A stretch of DNA of 64,000 nucleotides, from assembly GCA_964536215.1 (NCBI GenBank), contig CAZHWT010000002.1, forward strand, positions 20,573 through 84,572, in the 5' to 3' direction. The notes under the pieces were generated by a model. The model ran no database searches. It saw only the letters and a list, made by a program, of their open reading frames with translations, and was not told where the DNA came from. Origin of the DNA: an uncultured Candidatus Saccharibacteria bacterium (GTDB lineage: Bacteria > Patescibacteriota > CAZHWT01). Numbering within the stretch: the first letter of the stretch is position 1; each line of letters starts with the position of its first letter. Below are positions 31,501-41,677 of the stretch, piece by piece. Position numbers and translations under genes: made by a program.

Positions 31501-32853
31501 GCTATTGACCATGACACTGGTCAGAGTAAACAGTTTGACGTTCTAGCCTATAATCTTAAGTGGTCTGATCGGCCTAGAGATGGATCCATGACCACCTTCT
31601 CTATTTTTAGCAACGGTCACCCCTGGAGCCGCCAGCAATTTGAACAGCTGCAGCGGTCGGAAGAATTGCTTGTGAACGATGCGCATGTACCGCAGCGAAT
31701 CCGAACGTGGCGCCAATGGTTGGACATACTTGATCCTCGCGTTACCGATGCCACCGGAAATACTGGACTGGATAGGTTTGTGTTGCCGGTTGAGTCAGAG
31801 AAATTTTACAACGCATATGTCAGCGTGTTAACAGATCGACCTGGCCAAGTCTTTGAAAAGAATTTGCTTATACCTGACGCTGCTACAAGCCTTAATGGCA
31901 GCAAGCAGCTCATGTTTGGCTATAACTTGCACCAGTCAACCATAAACACGAGAGAGCGAAATGCCATTTCACCAACAGTCTTTAAGGATACTGTTTCCCA
32001 GTATTTTAATCAGGACGCTGGCAGTGTCATCTTTAAGGAGATGCTAAGTAGAGCCAAAGAGGATCCTCAGACTAGTTATTATGAGTATGAGCTTTTAGAA
32101 GAGTCTGACCGTGTGCAGATACTTTTACGGCAGGCCTACTATGACGTCTTTGGTGATGATGCTATTTTGTCTATCGCTAGCATTTCTGAACAACAGCATC
32201 AAGAAGAGTTGATGAAGGTGCATTTAGAGCGAGCTAATACGGTATTCCTACCACCTTTCCTAACAAGGCGGCTCAGTAAGTCGGTTTATACAACGGCTGA
32301 CTATTTCAAGAATTTAGAGGGTAAAGAAGTTGAAGTAACCGATCAAGAGCGCGCTCAGTTGTACACATTAGCTACCCGCGTTAACCAAATTGTTGATGAT
32401 TATTACCGGCAAATGTTAAATGATCCAGACAAGCTGCAGTACCTTAGTAAGGGATGGCTAAAGCTAGGCTATGACCAAGGTGAAGTGGTTGATGTTATCA
32501 GGGATCGACTTGCTCAATTGTCTCAGATGAATGAGCAGGATATTAGAGTTGGCTCTAGTTTAAATCCTCATGGCGGCATGTATAAAACCGGCCAGGATAA
32601 TCGAATTAAAATCGAGGTCAGTCAAGTCTTATTGCATAATCATAAAGCATTTTTGGAGGTCTATCTTCATGAGGTTATTCACCATATGACTGGAGAAAAT
32701 GATTTTGAGTTAGGCTTCGTCCGAGGTTTTGTGGCTTTGGCTATGCAGGCAGATGAGCACGTTCAACGCCTTACGAAAATAGAGCAAAAGGCGCTATCAT
32801 TGCCGTTGATTCGTAAATTTTTGAATGCCAGAACGCGTATCAAGCGAAGATAG
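28513..32853 (+). CDS. Large protein with two tandem GHKL-type ATPase modules and a C-terminal HExxH metallopeptidase motif
   Basis: Module 1: DLLQNHLDA, DNGPGF, GGLGEGLKM. Module 2: DAIQNHRDA, DHGTGY, GKFGEGLKM. C-terminal LHEVIHH...D...F. Confidence 0.8.
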   Translation: MSSEFGTPPPDKLQLVEKADAPALKQAPLHTHRPVEIQHIEHSTNIDTSYGEKTWHPSQSIVDLLQNHLDANTSAFEKSRLKLVGISEYKPDQQAILESMSLFAAETDPVVQEVHFHKLVALLESSSGISTLLQDSQQNMNALWQQLQEVRYEVPELKLKLSNGQTSKFVSYTEVATEDSEWQVVGYLIADNGPGFDHALLGLMGATTKGEDDNRRGGLGEGLKMSLAQLNRVGADVRILSRNTDQSWWLKPQVNDGLLSLDGTAVDRKLTVQSPSEGSRTMVDLSQANMTDLQWREIRNILDSRISPEGIAKYVLEFHPDIAPEKLEGDALFQNEVPAGRVYVKGLLVEEDRSDLLWSYNLSDKWAISGRDRKTVDVAILDVAIIDKLTDLTDYESILQIVRLMNDPSTDIIPREVRCLRFIYKLPESQQSLWRQAIEEVFHFESGKTVFCPSNADFEHKRLAEQRGYTLLVVRPEILSMLSIISAAYDPSPVYRLDELVKQLTASDESTETIDKTFNAVLHHMVESYAADNLATIPRSQYQLGNLSFVHKTNSNADRFMTDFPYWVDWYKDTIAVDTDAISNGFARDADLLLATEMFFEWKSSFTDEVQHALGQMVASAVLRHHPELFEVALPSHIAERIAVDVPNIGYTNEQRQKDAVKIAFDYLEAQLYHLATDEDRQQFLASIEATKQLLAGTDADIVKSVPLSSFIYLPFHVAGQLKWVTEELEVADNAKDFPWLKLRRSPDEIDDLQSLNYMLLDIPVGQYKSYGYKAGDQKGRLVISRTDYGYSVDRIEDILTASDTSSHNQAAIDEKAGDNVQSFILGDLLYINLNQPDAQFYEIPTPQTTPLPEKNRGLEFISANTTLDYGSKVWSDPKRILIDAIQNHRDANGGQPPRITFQISNSQGETMDVDMAALTGMPSDWVIVSVSIEDHGTGYTTPYLVQMGSSTKTDADAGKFGEGLKMLTAAATRQQIDLRLESKDWQASPTSTTEQAIDHDTGQSKQFDVLAYNLKWSDRPRDGSMTTFSIFSNGHPWSRQQFEQLQRSEELLVNDAHVPQRIRTWRQWLDILDPRVTDATGNTGLDRFVLPVESEKFYNAYVSVLTDRPGQVFEKNLLIPDAATSLNGSKQLMFGYNLHQSTINTRERNAISPTVFKDTVSQYFNQDAGSVIFKEMLSRAKEDPQTSYYEYELLEESDRVQILLRQAYYDVFGDDAILSIASISEQQHQEELMKVHLERANTVFLPPFLTRRLSKSVYTTADYFKNLEGKEVEVTDQERAQLYTLATRVNQIVDDYYRQMLNDPDKLQYLSKGWLKLGYDQGEVVDVIRDRLAQLSQMNEQDIRVGSSLNPHGGMYKTGQDNRIKIEVSQVLLHNHKAFLEVYLHEVIHHMTGENDFELGFVRGFVALAMQADEHVQRLTKIEQKALSLPLIRKFLNARTRIKRR

Positions 32854-33188
32854 TAGATCTAGTTGTGCCATCCGCTATAGTAATTTGACAACCCATAACC
32901 GTATCAGATATAGACGAGTTACTTCGAGCACATAGTTAAAAGAACGAAGAGGCGATAAGCGCCTATCCGTCCGTCGTTTGTGGCGGCAACACTACTGCAC
33001 TCCTCGATCAAACGCGGAGTGCAGCGCTACTGGAACGTTTTCAGTTTTCCCAAATTCTAGAATGACACTGTGGTGCACTAGCTAATGACTACATTTGTAT
33101 AATGCTTTAGGGAAGGTAAAAAATGCCCCACTCAGGTAAGGAGTGGGGCAAGGTGTAAACTGTAGCCTAGTGACCGTGCCATGTTAGG

Positions 33189-33359
33189 CTACAAAAAGAT
33201 CATCGCGACAAACCAGGTTAGCATGAAAGCCAAAAATCCAATGACGGGCGCTACCTCAATGTCATCGCCCGACCGTACGACCAAAATCATCGCCACAATG
33301 GCTGCGATGACTGCTATATAGAATCCGATAGCCAGCGGTTCCGTGGCAGTAAGTGCCAT
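33189..33359 (-). CDS. Small 2-TM membrane protein
   Basis: Hydrophobic ORF with own promoter and terminator (33124-33150). Confidence 0.5.
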   Translation of the reverse strand: MALTATEPLAIGFYIAVIAAIVAMILVVRSGDDIEVAPVIGFLAFMLTWFVAMIFL

Positions 33360-33589
33360 TTGCCTTCCCCTGTCGTTAGGCCCGGTCACACTTTCTATAC
33401 CATTTTAAGTTTATAAAGTCAATCTATAGGACAACGGGTCATAGCTAACCGTAATGGCGCCGGGGGTATGGTCGCCAAAGATGATAGTAAGTGGGACCGC
33501 CACCTTTGACGGAGACTATTCGTTAGGCATACCTTGCCCCTGACAAATAAATACCCATTTAAATAGCCATTTATTACAAAAGTCACATG

Positions 33590-34903
33590 CTAATCGGTGC
33601 TCAGTTCGCTAAATCTTTCGGTCATGGTCGGGTTGCCGCGAGTCAGTTTTTTGACAGTTAAATCTTCAGCTTTGCCATTGGCAATACGCAGATTATCTTC
33701 GGATCGAAGCAGGTTTTCTTTAGTTTTCTGAAGTTGCGCTATAGATTTGTCGATATTGTCGATAGCGTCTTTAAATCGTTCGGATGCAAGACGATAGTTG
33801 CGACCAAAGGAGTCGCGAAAGTCATTTAGTTGATTCTCAAAATTTGTCACATCAATATTTTGTTCTCGCACCAGAGCTAGCTCGGCCTTATACTTGAGTG
33901 AGTTAAGAGCTGCGTTGCGCAGCACTGTAATCATGGGGATAAAAAATTGCGGCCGGATAACATACATTTTGTCGTGTCGGTGCGACATATCAACAATACC
34001 GGTATTATAAAATTCATTTTCACCTTCGAGCAACGACACCAACACCGCATACTCACATTTCTTTTGCGTTCGATCCTTATCTAATTCTTTTAAAAAATCC
34101 TCGTTGCGCTTTTTAGTTGCTGTTTCATCGCCCTCATTTTTCATCTCAAACATTATCGAGATTAGCTCATTCCCCTGTTCATCATTCTCCCGATAAATGT
34201 AGTCCCCTTTACTACCCTCACGCACTTCATTATCTTTCTCAAAATATGCCTTCTGGAAAGCTGTGGCCCGCAATTTATTAAACTCAATCTCACAATGCTG
34301 CTCCAATGTCTCTCCAACCATCTTAGTTGAAAGCTTGGCTTTCATATCTTTGTAATAAGCAATCATTTCCTCTTTGGTCTTCAGCTCGTTTTGGAACTTT
34401 TCATTCAGCAGCAACACTTCAGATTTTTGCTCAGCCTCTTTATTCTTTAAGTCGTAAGCCAATTGGTCACGTTCTTTTTTGATTTTACCAACTGCCTCAG
34501 TTAAAGCCAGCTTTTTATCAGTTTCCGCCGCCAAGATCTGCGACTGTAGCTTGGCAATCTCCATTTCCTTCTTAGACATAGCTTCTTGTAACTCGTTTTT
34601 AGTCTTGCTTTGCGCTAAAACCACCGCATCCACCTTTTCTTTTTCCAGCATGGCAATTTTATTGAGCAGTTCCTGTTCCTTAACTTTGGCCTCCAAAGCC
34701 TTCTCCCGCTCAACACTCAACCGCTCCCTAGCCACCTCCGCCTCAAAAGCCTCATTCTTAAGTGCCTCAAGAATAGTTTCCAAATTGGACTTATCAATGT
34801 CCGTCTCATGCAAAGACTTCAAATCAACCAAATCCCCCTTAACCCCATCCTCCTGCAACATCAACGTATGCTCATCCTGAATTGAAACTTTAATTGTTTT
34901 CAT
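33590..34903 (-). CDS. DUF2130 domain-containing protein
   Basis: [24 protein letters not shown] and [11 protein letters not shown] motifs. Confidence 0.92.
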   Translation of the reverse strand: MKTIKVSIQDEHTLMLQEDGVKGDLVDLKSLHETDIDKSNLETILEALKNEAFEAEVARERLSVEREKALEAKVKEQELLNKIAMLEKEKVDAVVLAQSKTKNELQEAMSKKEMEIAKLQSQILAAETDKKLALTEAVGKIKKERDQLAYDLKNKEAEQKSEVLLLNEKFQNELKTKEEMIAYYKDMKAKLSTKMVGETLEQHCEIEFNKLRATAFQKAYFEKDNEVREGSKGDYIYRENDEQGNELISIMFEMKNEGDETATKKRNEDFLKELDKDRTQKKCEYAVLVSLLEGENEFYNTGIVDMSHRHDKMYVIRPQFFIPMITVLRNAALNSLKYKAELALVREQNIDVTNFENQLNDFRDSFGRNYRLASERFKDAIDNIDKSIAQLQKTKENLLRSEDNLRIANGKAEDLTVKKLTRGNPTMTERFSELSTD

Positions 34904-34989
34904 ATCGGATTCTCCTAATCTTTGATTTATCAACATAAACGGCGTGTAATGCTTAATATTGTAATTAAGAACATTAAGCGTAGGCCTTT

Positions 34990-35071
34990 GTCATTCTGAA
35001 CACAGTGAATCATCCACCCCCCCCGATATAGCATTTACCTGGAAGATCCTTCGCATATGCTCAGGATGACA
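34990..35071. repeat. TGTCA...TGACA-bounded REP/MITE-like palindromic element; related elements at 51283-51389 and 59656-59712
   Basis: Ends TGTCATTCTGA / TCAGGATGACA. Confidence 0.55.
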
Positions 35072-35107
35072 ATTGTCTGAGAGGGTTTCGCTATGAGCTT
35101 TAATTAC

Positions 35108-36127
35108 CTACCCTTGTAGCAAGTGCATAACCAGTGCAATCATAACCTCTTTCTGCTTAGGATCACTTTCAGCGATTAATAGTGTGAGTGCAACTAAGGC
35201 ATTTTCATCCACCTTGGACCCACCGATCGTCTTGGTTAAATAATTATTCTGAGACAGAAAATAAATAAACAGAAGAGCCGCAGATCGCTTATTTCCATCA
35301 CTAAATGGATGGTCCTTAATCACAAAATAAAGCAAGTGAGCAGCCTTATGCTCGATAGATGGATACAATTCCTCACCATCAAATGTTTGATAAATAGCAC
35401 CCAAAATACCTTGGAACGACTCATCTCGCTCATTACCAAACAACTCAGAGGCTTCCCCTTTGCCAACCAGATCTACTTTTAAGGTAGCAATGGCTTCCCG
35501 GGCTTTATCGTAGGTTAGTTCAAATGAAGGACTCCTGCCATGCTCCACCTGCTCCAACTTGCCATCATCGTATTGCTGCAACAAAGCCCAACTTGAAGCA
35601 TAGTCTGTCACAAGTCGCATTAACGCTACAGCCTCATCATCCGAAAGATCGCCGCGAGACGATAATCTCTCAACAGTTTGCGGAAACAGCGACAACGCTT
35701 GCTGAAACTGTTTGATTTGCTCACCATTCAACCGCGTATGGTTCAACGCATAGCCTCTCAGCAGATATTCTTTAAGCACAGAATTAGCCCAAATGCGAAA
35801 TTGTGTTCCCCTCTTGGAATTGACCCGGTATCCCACAGAGATGATCATATCTAGATTATAAAAATCTATTTCTCGCTCTACTTGACGATTGCCTTCCATA
35901 CGAACTATTCGGAATTTCCGAATAGTTGGGGCTGATTCAAGTTCGCCTTCACCATAGATACTCTTGATATGTTCGTTAATTGTCGGGGCAGTGCGGTCAA
36001 ACAACTCAGCCATCTGGGCCTGTGACAGCCAGACGGTTTCCTGCTCCAGTCGAACATCAACAGCCGTCGATCCATCCGGATTGGTGTACAAAATAACTTC
36101 GCCAGTTTTTAAATCCTGATTATTCAT
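35108..36127 (-). CDS. RhuM-family protein fused to a Fic/DOC domain
   Basis: ETVWLSQAQMAELF and YNLDMIISVGYRVNS (RhuM); HPFSDGNKR (Fic). Confidence 0.93.
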   Translation of the reverse strand: MNNQDLKTGEVILYTNPDGSTAVDVRLEQETVWLSQAQMAELFDRTAPTINEHIKSIYGEGELESAPTIRKFRIVRMEGNRQVEREIDFYNLDMIISVGYRVNSKRGTQFRIWANSVLKEYLLRGYALNHTRLNGEQIKQFQQALSLFPQTVERLSSRGDLSDDEAVALMRLVTDYASSWALLQQYDDGKLEQVEHGRSPSFELTYDKAREAIATLKVDLVGKGEASELFGNERDESFQGILGAIYQTFDGEELYPSIEHKAAHLLYFVIKDHPFSDGNKRSAALLFIYFLSQNNYLTKTIGGSKVDENALVALTLLIAESDPKQKEVMIALVMHLLQG

Positions 36128-36667
36128 ACGAGAGCTCCTCAATCAGCTTATCACACTTCTAAAATACGCCTGACCATGTTCGGGTATTATTCGCCTAAAC
36201 CGTTTAACCGTCAACAGCCAACCTAAGAATTGCACAGTTAATTCCATAATGACTTCAAATCCACTCAGGCAAATCAACAAACAGGTAAGCCAGGTGTCCA
36301 GAGATAAACACCTGGAAGGTGGTGCATTGAAATTCATCGAAAATAATTAGTACAATACAAGCACAAAAAGACGCCGGCAGTCCTGGAGGACAGCCCACGT
36401 CTTTTTTAGTATCCACACCATTTCAAGTCAATATCCAATTACGTACGCACACGTGTACATACTAACTTGGAAGCATCTGAGAAGTATAATCAAAACCACC
36501 CACCTCCCAAGTGAATAGTTTAGTGGGTGGAATAGGTGTTCTGAGGCAATCTCCGGAAGATGGTTTGCATACTAATAGCCTTACTGTTGACAATGCGAGT
36601 ATAATAAAATCAAACATTGTCAATCGTGGCAATGTTAAGTCGATCAGAGAGCCAAGGAGAGAACAAA

Positions 36668-36874
36668 ATGAGCTCTAAAGATCCTGGTGACACGCGTGAG
36701 ACAGTCGATCGCAATGGCGATGTTGAAACAACTTTCAAGGTCGGCTACAGCTACGACAAACAAGACGACACTCAAGACTTCGTTATTATCGACCATAGTG
36801 CCACAGACGGTGGACATGCACACGTCGTGTTCGACTCTGACGGTAACGAGATCTACAACGACACAGAGGATTGA
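36668..36874 (+). CDS. Small acidic hypothetical protein
   Basis: AAGGAG RBS; upstream TTGACA...TATAAT. Confidence 0.65.
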   Translation: MSSKDPGDTRETVDRNGDVETTFKVGYSYDKQDDTQDFVIIDHSATDGGHAHVVFDSDGNEIYNDTED

Positions 36875-36941
36875 GCCTCTGAAGCTTCATAAATCTGTGG
36901 CCATGTCTATAGACTGGCCACATTTCTTTTAGGAGGACAGC

Positions 36942-37241
36942 ATGACCCAACTCCCAGTAACCATCGAACCTTGTAATAACATAAAAGAGCTTACTAAACA
37001 TTTACGTCATTCGTTAACCCTACTACCAGAAAGTGACGAGCAGGAAATCGCTCATACTATGGTGGCACAAATTATTGCCGCCAAGCACGACGAATGGTGG
37101 AGAGGAGAAAGCCCTGTCTATCCACAACTAGCCCAAGCTGCTGAATTACTGATTCATCTCGAAACTCCAGACGGTAATCAGCAGCAGAGGCAACAGCAAT
37201 GGGATACTGTTAACAGTATCCTTAAAGCTATAGAAACCTAA
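36942..37241 (+). CDS. Hypothetical protein
   Basis: AGGAGG RBS; terminator 37247-37276. Confidence 0.7.
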   Translation: MTQLPVTIEPCNNIKELTKHLRHSLTLLPESDEQEIAHTMVAQIIAAKHDEWWRGESPVYPQLAQAAELLIHLETPDGNQQQRQQQWDTVNSILKAIET

Positions 37242-37591
37242 AAGCACAAAGGGTCAGAAAAAATCTGACCCTTTGCATTAATCAGTTTTGCCCAAAGAGA
37301 TGCCGGCAATCCTGGAGGACAACCCGCGTCTTTTTAGTATCTACACCCATCCGACAGCTTCTTTTGCCCAAATATGAACAATTGACCATAGAACAATAAG
37401 GCGGGCAGGCTAGGTGCTCTGAGATAGCTACCTGGAAGGTGGTACACCGACACAGAAAAATATAAAAAGGTTGACTTATAAGACCCATAGTAATATAATA
37501 ACCAACACTAAAAACTCGAATCGGCCAAAAGCGTAATGGACTCTGCCATTATTAAAGGATACAAGGCAACGAATATCTACAAATTCTGCAT

Positions 37592-38338
37592 ATGAACCTG
37601 AAGTCAATAATTCATAAACCTAAACGAATCGTAACTGTTAGCTTGATATTGCTGGCCGTCATTTCAATAGTCTTGTATGCTGGGGTTAAAATAATGTATT
37701 TTCCCGGTTCAACTACGAACCAGGAACCAAGCATCCAGAAACAGACTATAAGTAAAACCAAACTACCGGAGAAATCAGTCAGCGAAAACATTACTCAAGA
37801 GTCTGGTCCAGCCGTGGTCAAATTGCCCGATGATCGGACTGGCGTGGGTGCTGAGAGTTTTCAGTCCACGGATGAAACTGTTACAGACTGGTGTGCTTCT
37901 ACTTGCACCTTTACGGACTCCAACGGTGACTATACTGATATTCATTGTTACCAATACTCGAATTCATGTTCAGCGCATAACTCCAATGGGGATTACGTAA
38001 ATATCTATTGCTATCAGTATTCAAACTCGTGTTCAGCTTATGGATCCGATGGTAGTAGCGCTACTTCACATTGCTATCCCAATTTAAATTCATGCTCGAC
38101 CTATGGATCAGATGGCTCATATAGCAATACACATTGCTATACCTACTCCAACACCTGCGGTACAACGGGATCCGATGGCAATTACTCTACCACTCATTGT
38201 TATTCATACACAAATAGTTGTACCACTCATGATTCAGATGGCTCATATACAAATACCTATTGCTATTCATATACCAGTTCCTGTAGTTCGTACAGCTATG
38301 GCAGCAACAATTACGACTATTCTTACTTAGATTACTGA
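37592..38338 (+). CDS. Membrane-anchored protein with six 21-aa Cys/Tyr/Ser repeats
   Basis: N-terminal TM; repeat of the form xxS(N/D)GxxxxxxCYxxxxxCxx. Confidence 0.8.
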   Translation: MNLKSIIHKPKRIVTVSLILLAVISIVLYAGVKIMYFPGSTTNQEPSIQKQTISKTKLPEKSVSENITQESGPAVVKLPDDRTGVGAESFQSTDETVTDWCASTCTFTDSNGDYTDIHCYQYSNSCSAHNSNGDYVNIYCYQYSNSCSAYGSDGSSATSHCYPNLNSCSTYGSDGSYSNTHCYTYSNTCGTTGSDGNYSTTHCYSYTNSCTTHDSDGSYTNTYCYSYTSSCSSYSYGSNNYDYSYLDY

Positions 38339-38540
38339 TATATCTACAAAAATGGCTAGCATTGCTCATAAAATTGCTGCTCTAAAATCAGGCAAATAAT
38401 GACGCAATCAAAAGTAAACTATAGTGGCTAGCATCACAACAGATTTTATGTGCCGTTCAGTAGTATAGATATACAACTGGAAGGTGATACAAAGCCGGTA
38501 AGTCAAACTAAATCCGGATTTAAGTAAGAGCGAGGCTCAC

Positions 38541-38825
38541 TTATCTGCTGCGCTTGTATACCTCACTTCTATGCCGCACGGTTAACAAATAAATAGTTCG
38601 ACCATCTAAATCAAAAGTAATCCGATATGGATCAATTCTCCAGCGATATTGACCAAAATTAAAATTTTTAAGCGGTTTGGCTAAAGATATTGGACCAACA
38701 TGTTGTTCCAACTCTTTCAACTTTTTAACCAATTGACGCTGAACCTTGCCATCCAAGGCTTGCACATCCTTATTAAATTGGGCAGTGGTAAGGATTGTAT
38801 AGTTATTCTCTAATGAGGTGGCCAA
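38541..38825 (-). CDS. RelE/ParE-family toxin
   Basis: FNKDVQAL...YRWRIDPYRITF...VRHRSEVY; TTG start inside the antitoxin 3' end. Confidence 0.88.
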   Translation of the reverse strand: MATSLENNYTILTTAQFNKDVQALDGKVQRQLVKKLKELEQHVGPISLAKPLKNFNFGQYRWRIDPYRITFDLDGRTIYLLTVRHRSEVYKRSR

Positions 38826-39075
38826 AGGCTTGGTCGAGGGTGTAAGTCCTACCTTCTTCGACGTCTTTCCGCGCTTGGGCGATTGATTCGACATAGGTTT
38901 TGTCATGCAATTCCAATAAATCCTCAAGTAAGTCTGTATTAATCAAGGCAATAGCGGTTTTCTTATGGCGCTTAATTAAGGTTACCCCATCTTGCTCGGC
39001 CATATCTAACACACTAGATAAATTGTTCCGCACTTCAGTAGCTCCCACCACCTTAGTTACTTTTCCCTCAGACAT
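38803..39075 (-). CDS. Phd/YefM-family antitoxin
   Basis: ATEVRNNLSSVLD...LIKRHKK..ALI..D.LE. Confidence 0.88.
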   Translation of the reverse strand: MSEGKVTKVVGATEVRNNLSSVLDMAEQDGVTLIKRHKKTAIALINTDLLEDLLELHDKTYVESIAQARKDVEEGRTYTLDQAFGHLIRE

Positions 39076-39107
39076 ATACACCTCCAGTGTCTTTGCTAAT
39101 TAGACAT

Positions 39108-39136
39108 AATGTACGTTAATTATGTACATTTGTCAA
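39108..39136 (-). promoter_or_regulatory. TA promoter TTGACA-17-TACATT with palindromic operator AATGTAC-N9-GTACATT
   Basis: Read directly; typical layout for type II TA autoregulation. Confidence 0.75.
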
Positions 39137-39436
39137 TAAAATATATCCCCAATAGTCTGGAGGTAAGCACAAAATCAAGTACGTACACATGTACGTACAC
39201 GTTTACGTACTAATCTACAAGCAGCTGAGAAGTATAAACAAAACCATACCTCCGATGGTTTCCTCTGCCAGAATATGAACATCTAATCCTAGAGCAATAA
39301 TGGACAAGCTAGGCGTCATGAGGTAAACACCAACTAGATGCTAGTGATCACAAATGCTAAGGGGGACTATTGCAGCCTGCCTGATGACTCCAGGAGAGCT
39401 AAGTGGTATTCTCCGCGCGTGACTAAAAGAAACCGC

Positions 39437-39814
39437 ATGGGAAAAACAATTATACCCTTTGGGGTTTACCCGGAAAAACATGAGCTAACTACGGCCGCGG
39501 TTTTTCTTAAGCAGGGGTTCGATGTCGAGTTTATCAAGCCCAAACGAACCAAAGGAGCCAAAAATACTGATATGAGGTTTAATGGAGTAGATTGGGAGGC
39601 CAAGAGTCCATTAGGCAACGGCAAGAAAACAGTGGAGAAACAGCTCCAGCGGGCAGGAAAACAATCTAAGAATATCATCATCGACAGCCGGGGAACAAAA
39701 CTAGATGACGAATACCTGGAAAAAGAGTTACGCAAAAAGTACGCACTCGTCCGATCGATCAAAAAGTTAATATTAATCAAGAAGACGGGTGATACTGTTG
39801 AATTTAACCGTTAA
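39437..39814 (+). CDS. Standalone CdiA-CT-like PD-(D/E)XK nuclease
   Basis: HE.....FL..G..VEFI...TD...NGVDWEAKSP...QLQRA.KQS.NIIID. Confidence 0.72.
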   Translation: MGKTIIPFGVYPEKHELTTAAVFLKQGFDVEFIKPKRTKGAKNTDMRFNGVDWEAKSPLGNGKKTVEKQLQRAGKQSKNIIIDSRGTKLDDEYLEKELRKKYALVRSIKKLILIKKTGDTVEFNR

Positions 39815-40245
39815 ATATGCTACAAATAGACCATAAGCAAGCCACGGCAGTGTTGAATTACACAGCCCTGGCTTTCTTTTTTGTGCCGACATAAATCAAC
39901 ACGATTAAGAGACTCGTCCTTTCAACGGAAAACAAACAGCTCGCCAGATAGCGATTAATAGATGGAGTATATCACTTTATCCTCAACGATCAGCAGGCAA
40001 GCACGAAATCTCGTACGTACACATGTACGTACACGTTTACGTACTAATCTAGAAGCAGCTGGGAAACAGAGATAAAACCATACACCTCAGACGGTTTCCT
40101 CTGCCAGGATATGAACATCTAACTATAGAACAATAACAGGCAGGCTACGTGTTCTGCGATAACCACCTGGAAGGTGGTATATATTCAAAACATCAGCTGA
40201 GGCAGACTAAGGATCAGGAGGTAAATGTCTAGAAGATTGGCAGTG

Positions 40246-40752
40246 TTAATCCTCAGGCAACAACTCCTCATCCTTAGCCTTAATTCGATTAGACTCTTTA
40301 GACTTTTGACTATAAAAATTATAAATCAAAATAGCTGCTTGGCCCAAAACGAGAGCAAAGCCAGCTACATTTTGACCATTGAGAATTAATACAAAGCCGC
40401 CAATTATCATAAATGAGGCTAAAATAAACGCTAATACTACTCCCAATCTCTCATTCGTTATATTACTTTGAACAACTTTGCTTTCCAGGCTCATTCGGTG
40501 AGTCGTCTGCATCATAGCCTGATTCACAATCTTCTTAGCGGCGCCTGGATATACTCGGTCATAACCAGCCAATATTTGAGGAGGAGGTAATGGCCCACTA
40601 AACTGTTCACCTGTAACAACCAATTCATGCAGAAGCTTTTGCTTCTTATCAGATGGAAGATTATCACTATCAAGTATGGAAGCTACAGTTTCCTCGACAG
40701 AATGCTTTTTATCAGCATGCAAGCCAGGTTTATTCTTAGAGTCAGATGCCAA
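40246..40752 (-). CDS. DUF2335 domain membrane protein
   Basis: FSGPLPPPQILAGYDRVYPGAA..I..A..Q..HR followed by two TMs. Confidence 0.9.
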   Translation of the reverse strand: MASDSKNKPGLHADKKHSVEETVASILDSDNLPSDKKQKLLHELVVTGEQFSGPLPPPQILAGYDRVYPGAAKKIVNQAMMQTTHRMSLESKVVQSNITNERLGVVLAFILASFMIIGGFVLILNGQNVAGFALVLGQAAILIYNFYSQKSKESNRIKAKDEELLPED

Positions 40753-40795
40753 TGATTGTAATCTGCTATCGCTAGCATTATTTGTGTCGTTCGTA

Positions 40796-41002
40796 TTAAG
40801 GCATAAACTTATTTATAGAGCTATATAGACTGCGGCCAACTATCTGCCAGTCTCTCCGTATAGCCTTTGCATCAGCCTCCTTAGAAGAGGCGCTATAGTT
40901 ATATTTAGTTATCTGACCATAGAGGTCTAGTACTCTTGCAACGCCTCGCAAAAGAGATGGATTATTGTAAAGCCTAGAGGAAGTGTATGTTAAATTCTGC
41001 AT
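40796..41002 (-). CDS. Small hypothetical protein, usual partner upstream of DUF2335
   Basis: PSLLRGVARVLDL...AD..AI..DW..VG pattern. Confidence 0.7.
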   Translation of the reverse strand: MQNLTYTSSRLYNNPSLLRGVARVLDLYGQITKYNYSASSKEADAKAIRRDWQIVGRSLYSSINKFMP

Positions 41003-41359
41003 ATATAAAGTATAGCTGATACATGTCAGTTTGCTAACAAGCAATTAACTCTTATTATAGACTTGAGTGTCAAGTTGTTAGCATTAATTAGTTCTCAACA
41101 ATCAGCAGCCAAGCTCAAAATCTAGTACGCACACGTGTACGTACTAACCTAGAAGCAGCTGAGAAGTATAAAAAAATCATACGCCTCTCCCAGCCGGTTT
41201 CTTCTACCAAATCTAAACTCTTAGCCATTGGGTAGTAACAGGCAGACTAGATGTTCCGAGATAACTATCTAGTAGATAGTACATTTCACAAATTGACAGT
41301 AACCTATAGTGTATGTATAATGCACTAGTTGCATTTGTTACCAACAAAAGGAGAAGTAA

Positions 41360-41677
41360 GTGATGAATGACTTTCCTATCGCTGTACAGAATGCAGTTGA
41401 TGCGACAAAAGAGCTGTGGAGACTGGCACGCAAATTCAAATCAAAGCAAGACAGGTTGGACAAGATTTACGCAAAAGCAGCTCGCGGCGAACGGCTTATT
41501 GAGACAGATTGGAGAGACCTGCTCAATATCCAAGATTCGATGGCCAGATATATCGCATATCGAGACGCCGTCAAGACTATTATTGGCGATGAAATACTAA
41601 CCGATGTCGCCAATGAGTTAGGCTTAGCAGAGACGAATATCCCAGAAGATATGTGGGGAATGCTCGGCAAATTGTGA
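41360..41677 (+). CDS. Hypothetical protein
   Basis: AAGGAG RBS; TTGACA-17-TATAAT at 41293-41321. Confidence 0.7.
   Translation: MMNDFPIAVQNAVDATKELWRLARKFKSKQDRLDKIYAKAARGERLIETDWRDLLNIQDSMARYIAYRDAVKTIIGDEILTDVANELGLAETNIPEDMWGMLGKL

Noticed and set aside
37900-38300. Diversity-generating retroelement TR/VR pair
   Set aside because: The repeats are in-frame protein repeats with differences not limited to adenines, and no reverse transcriptase is present.
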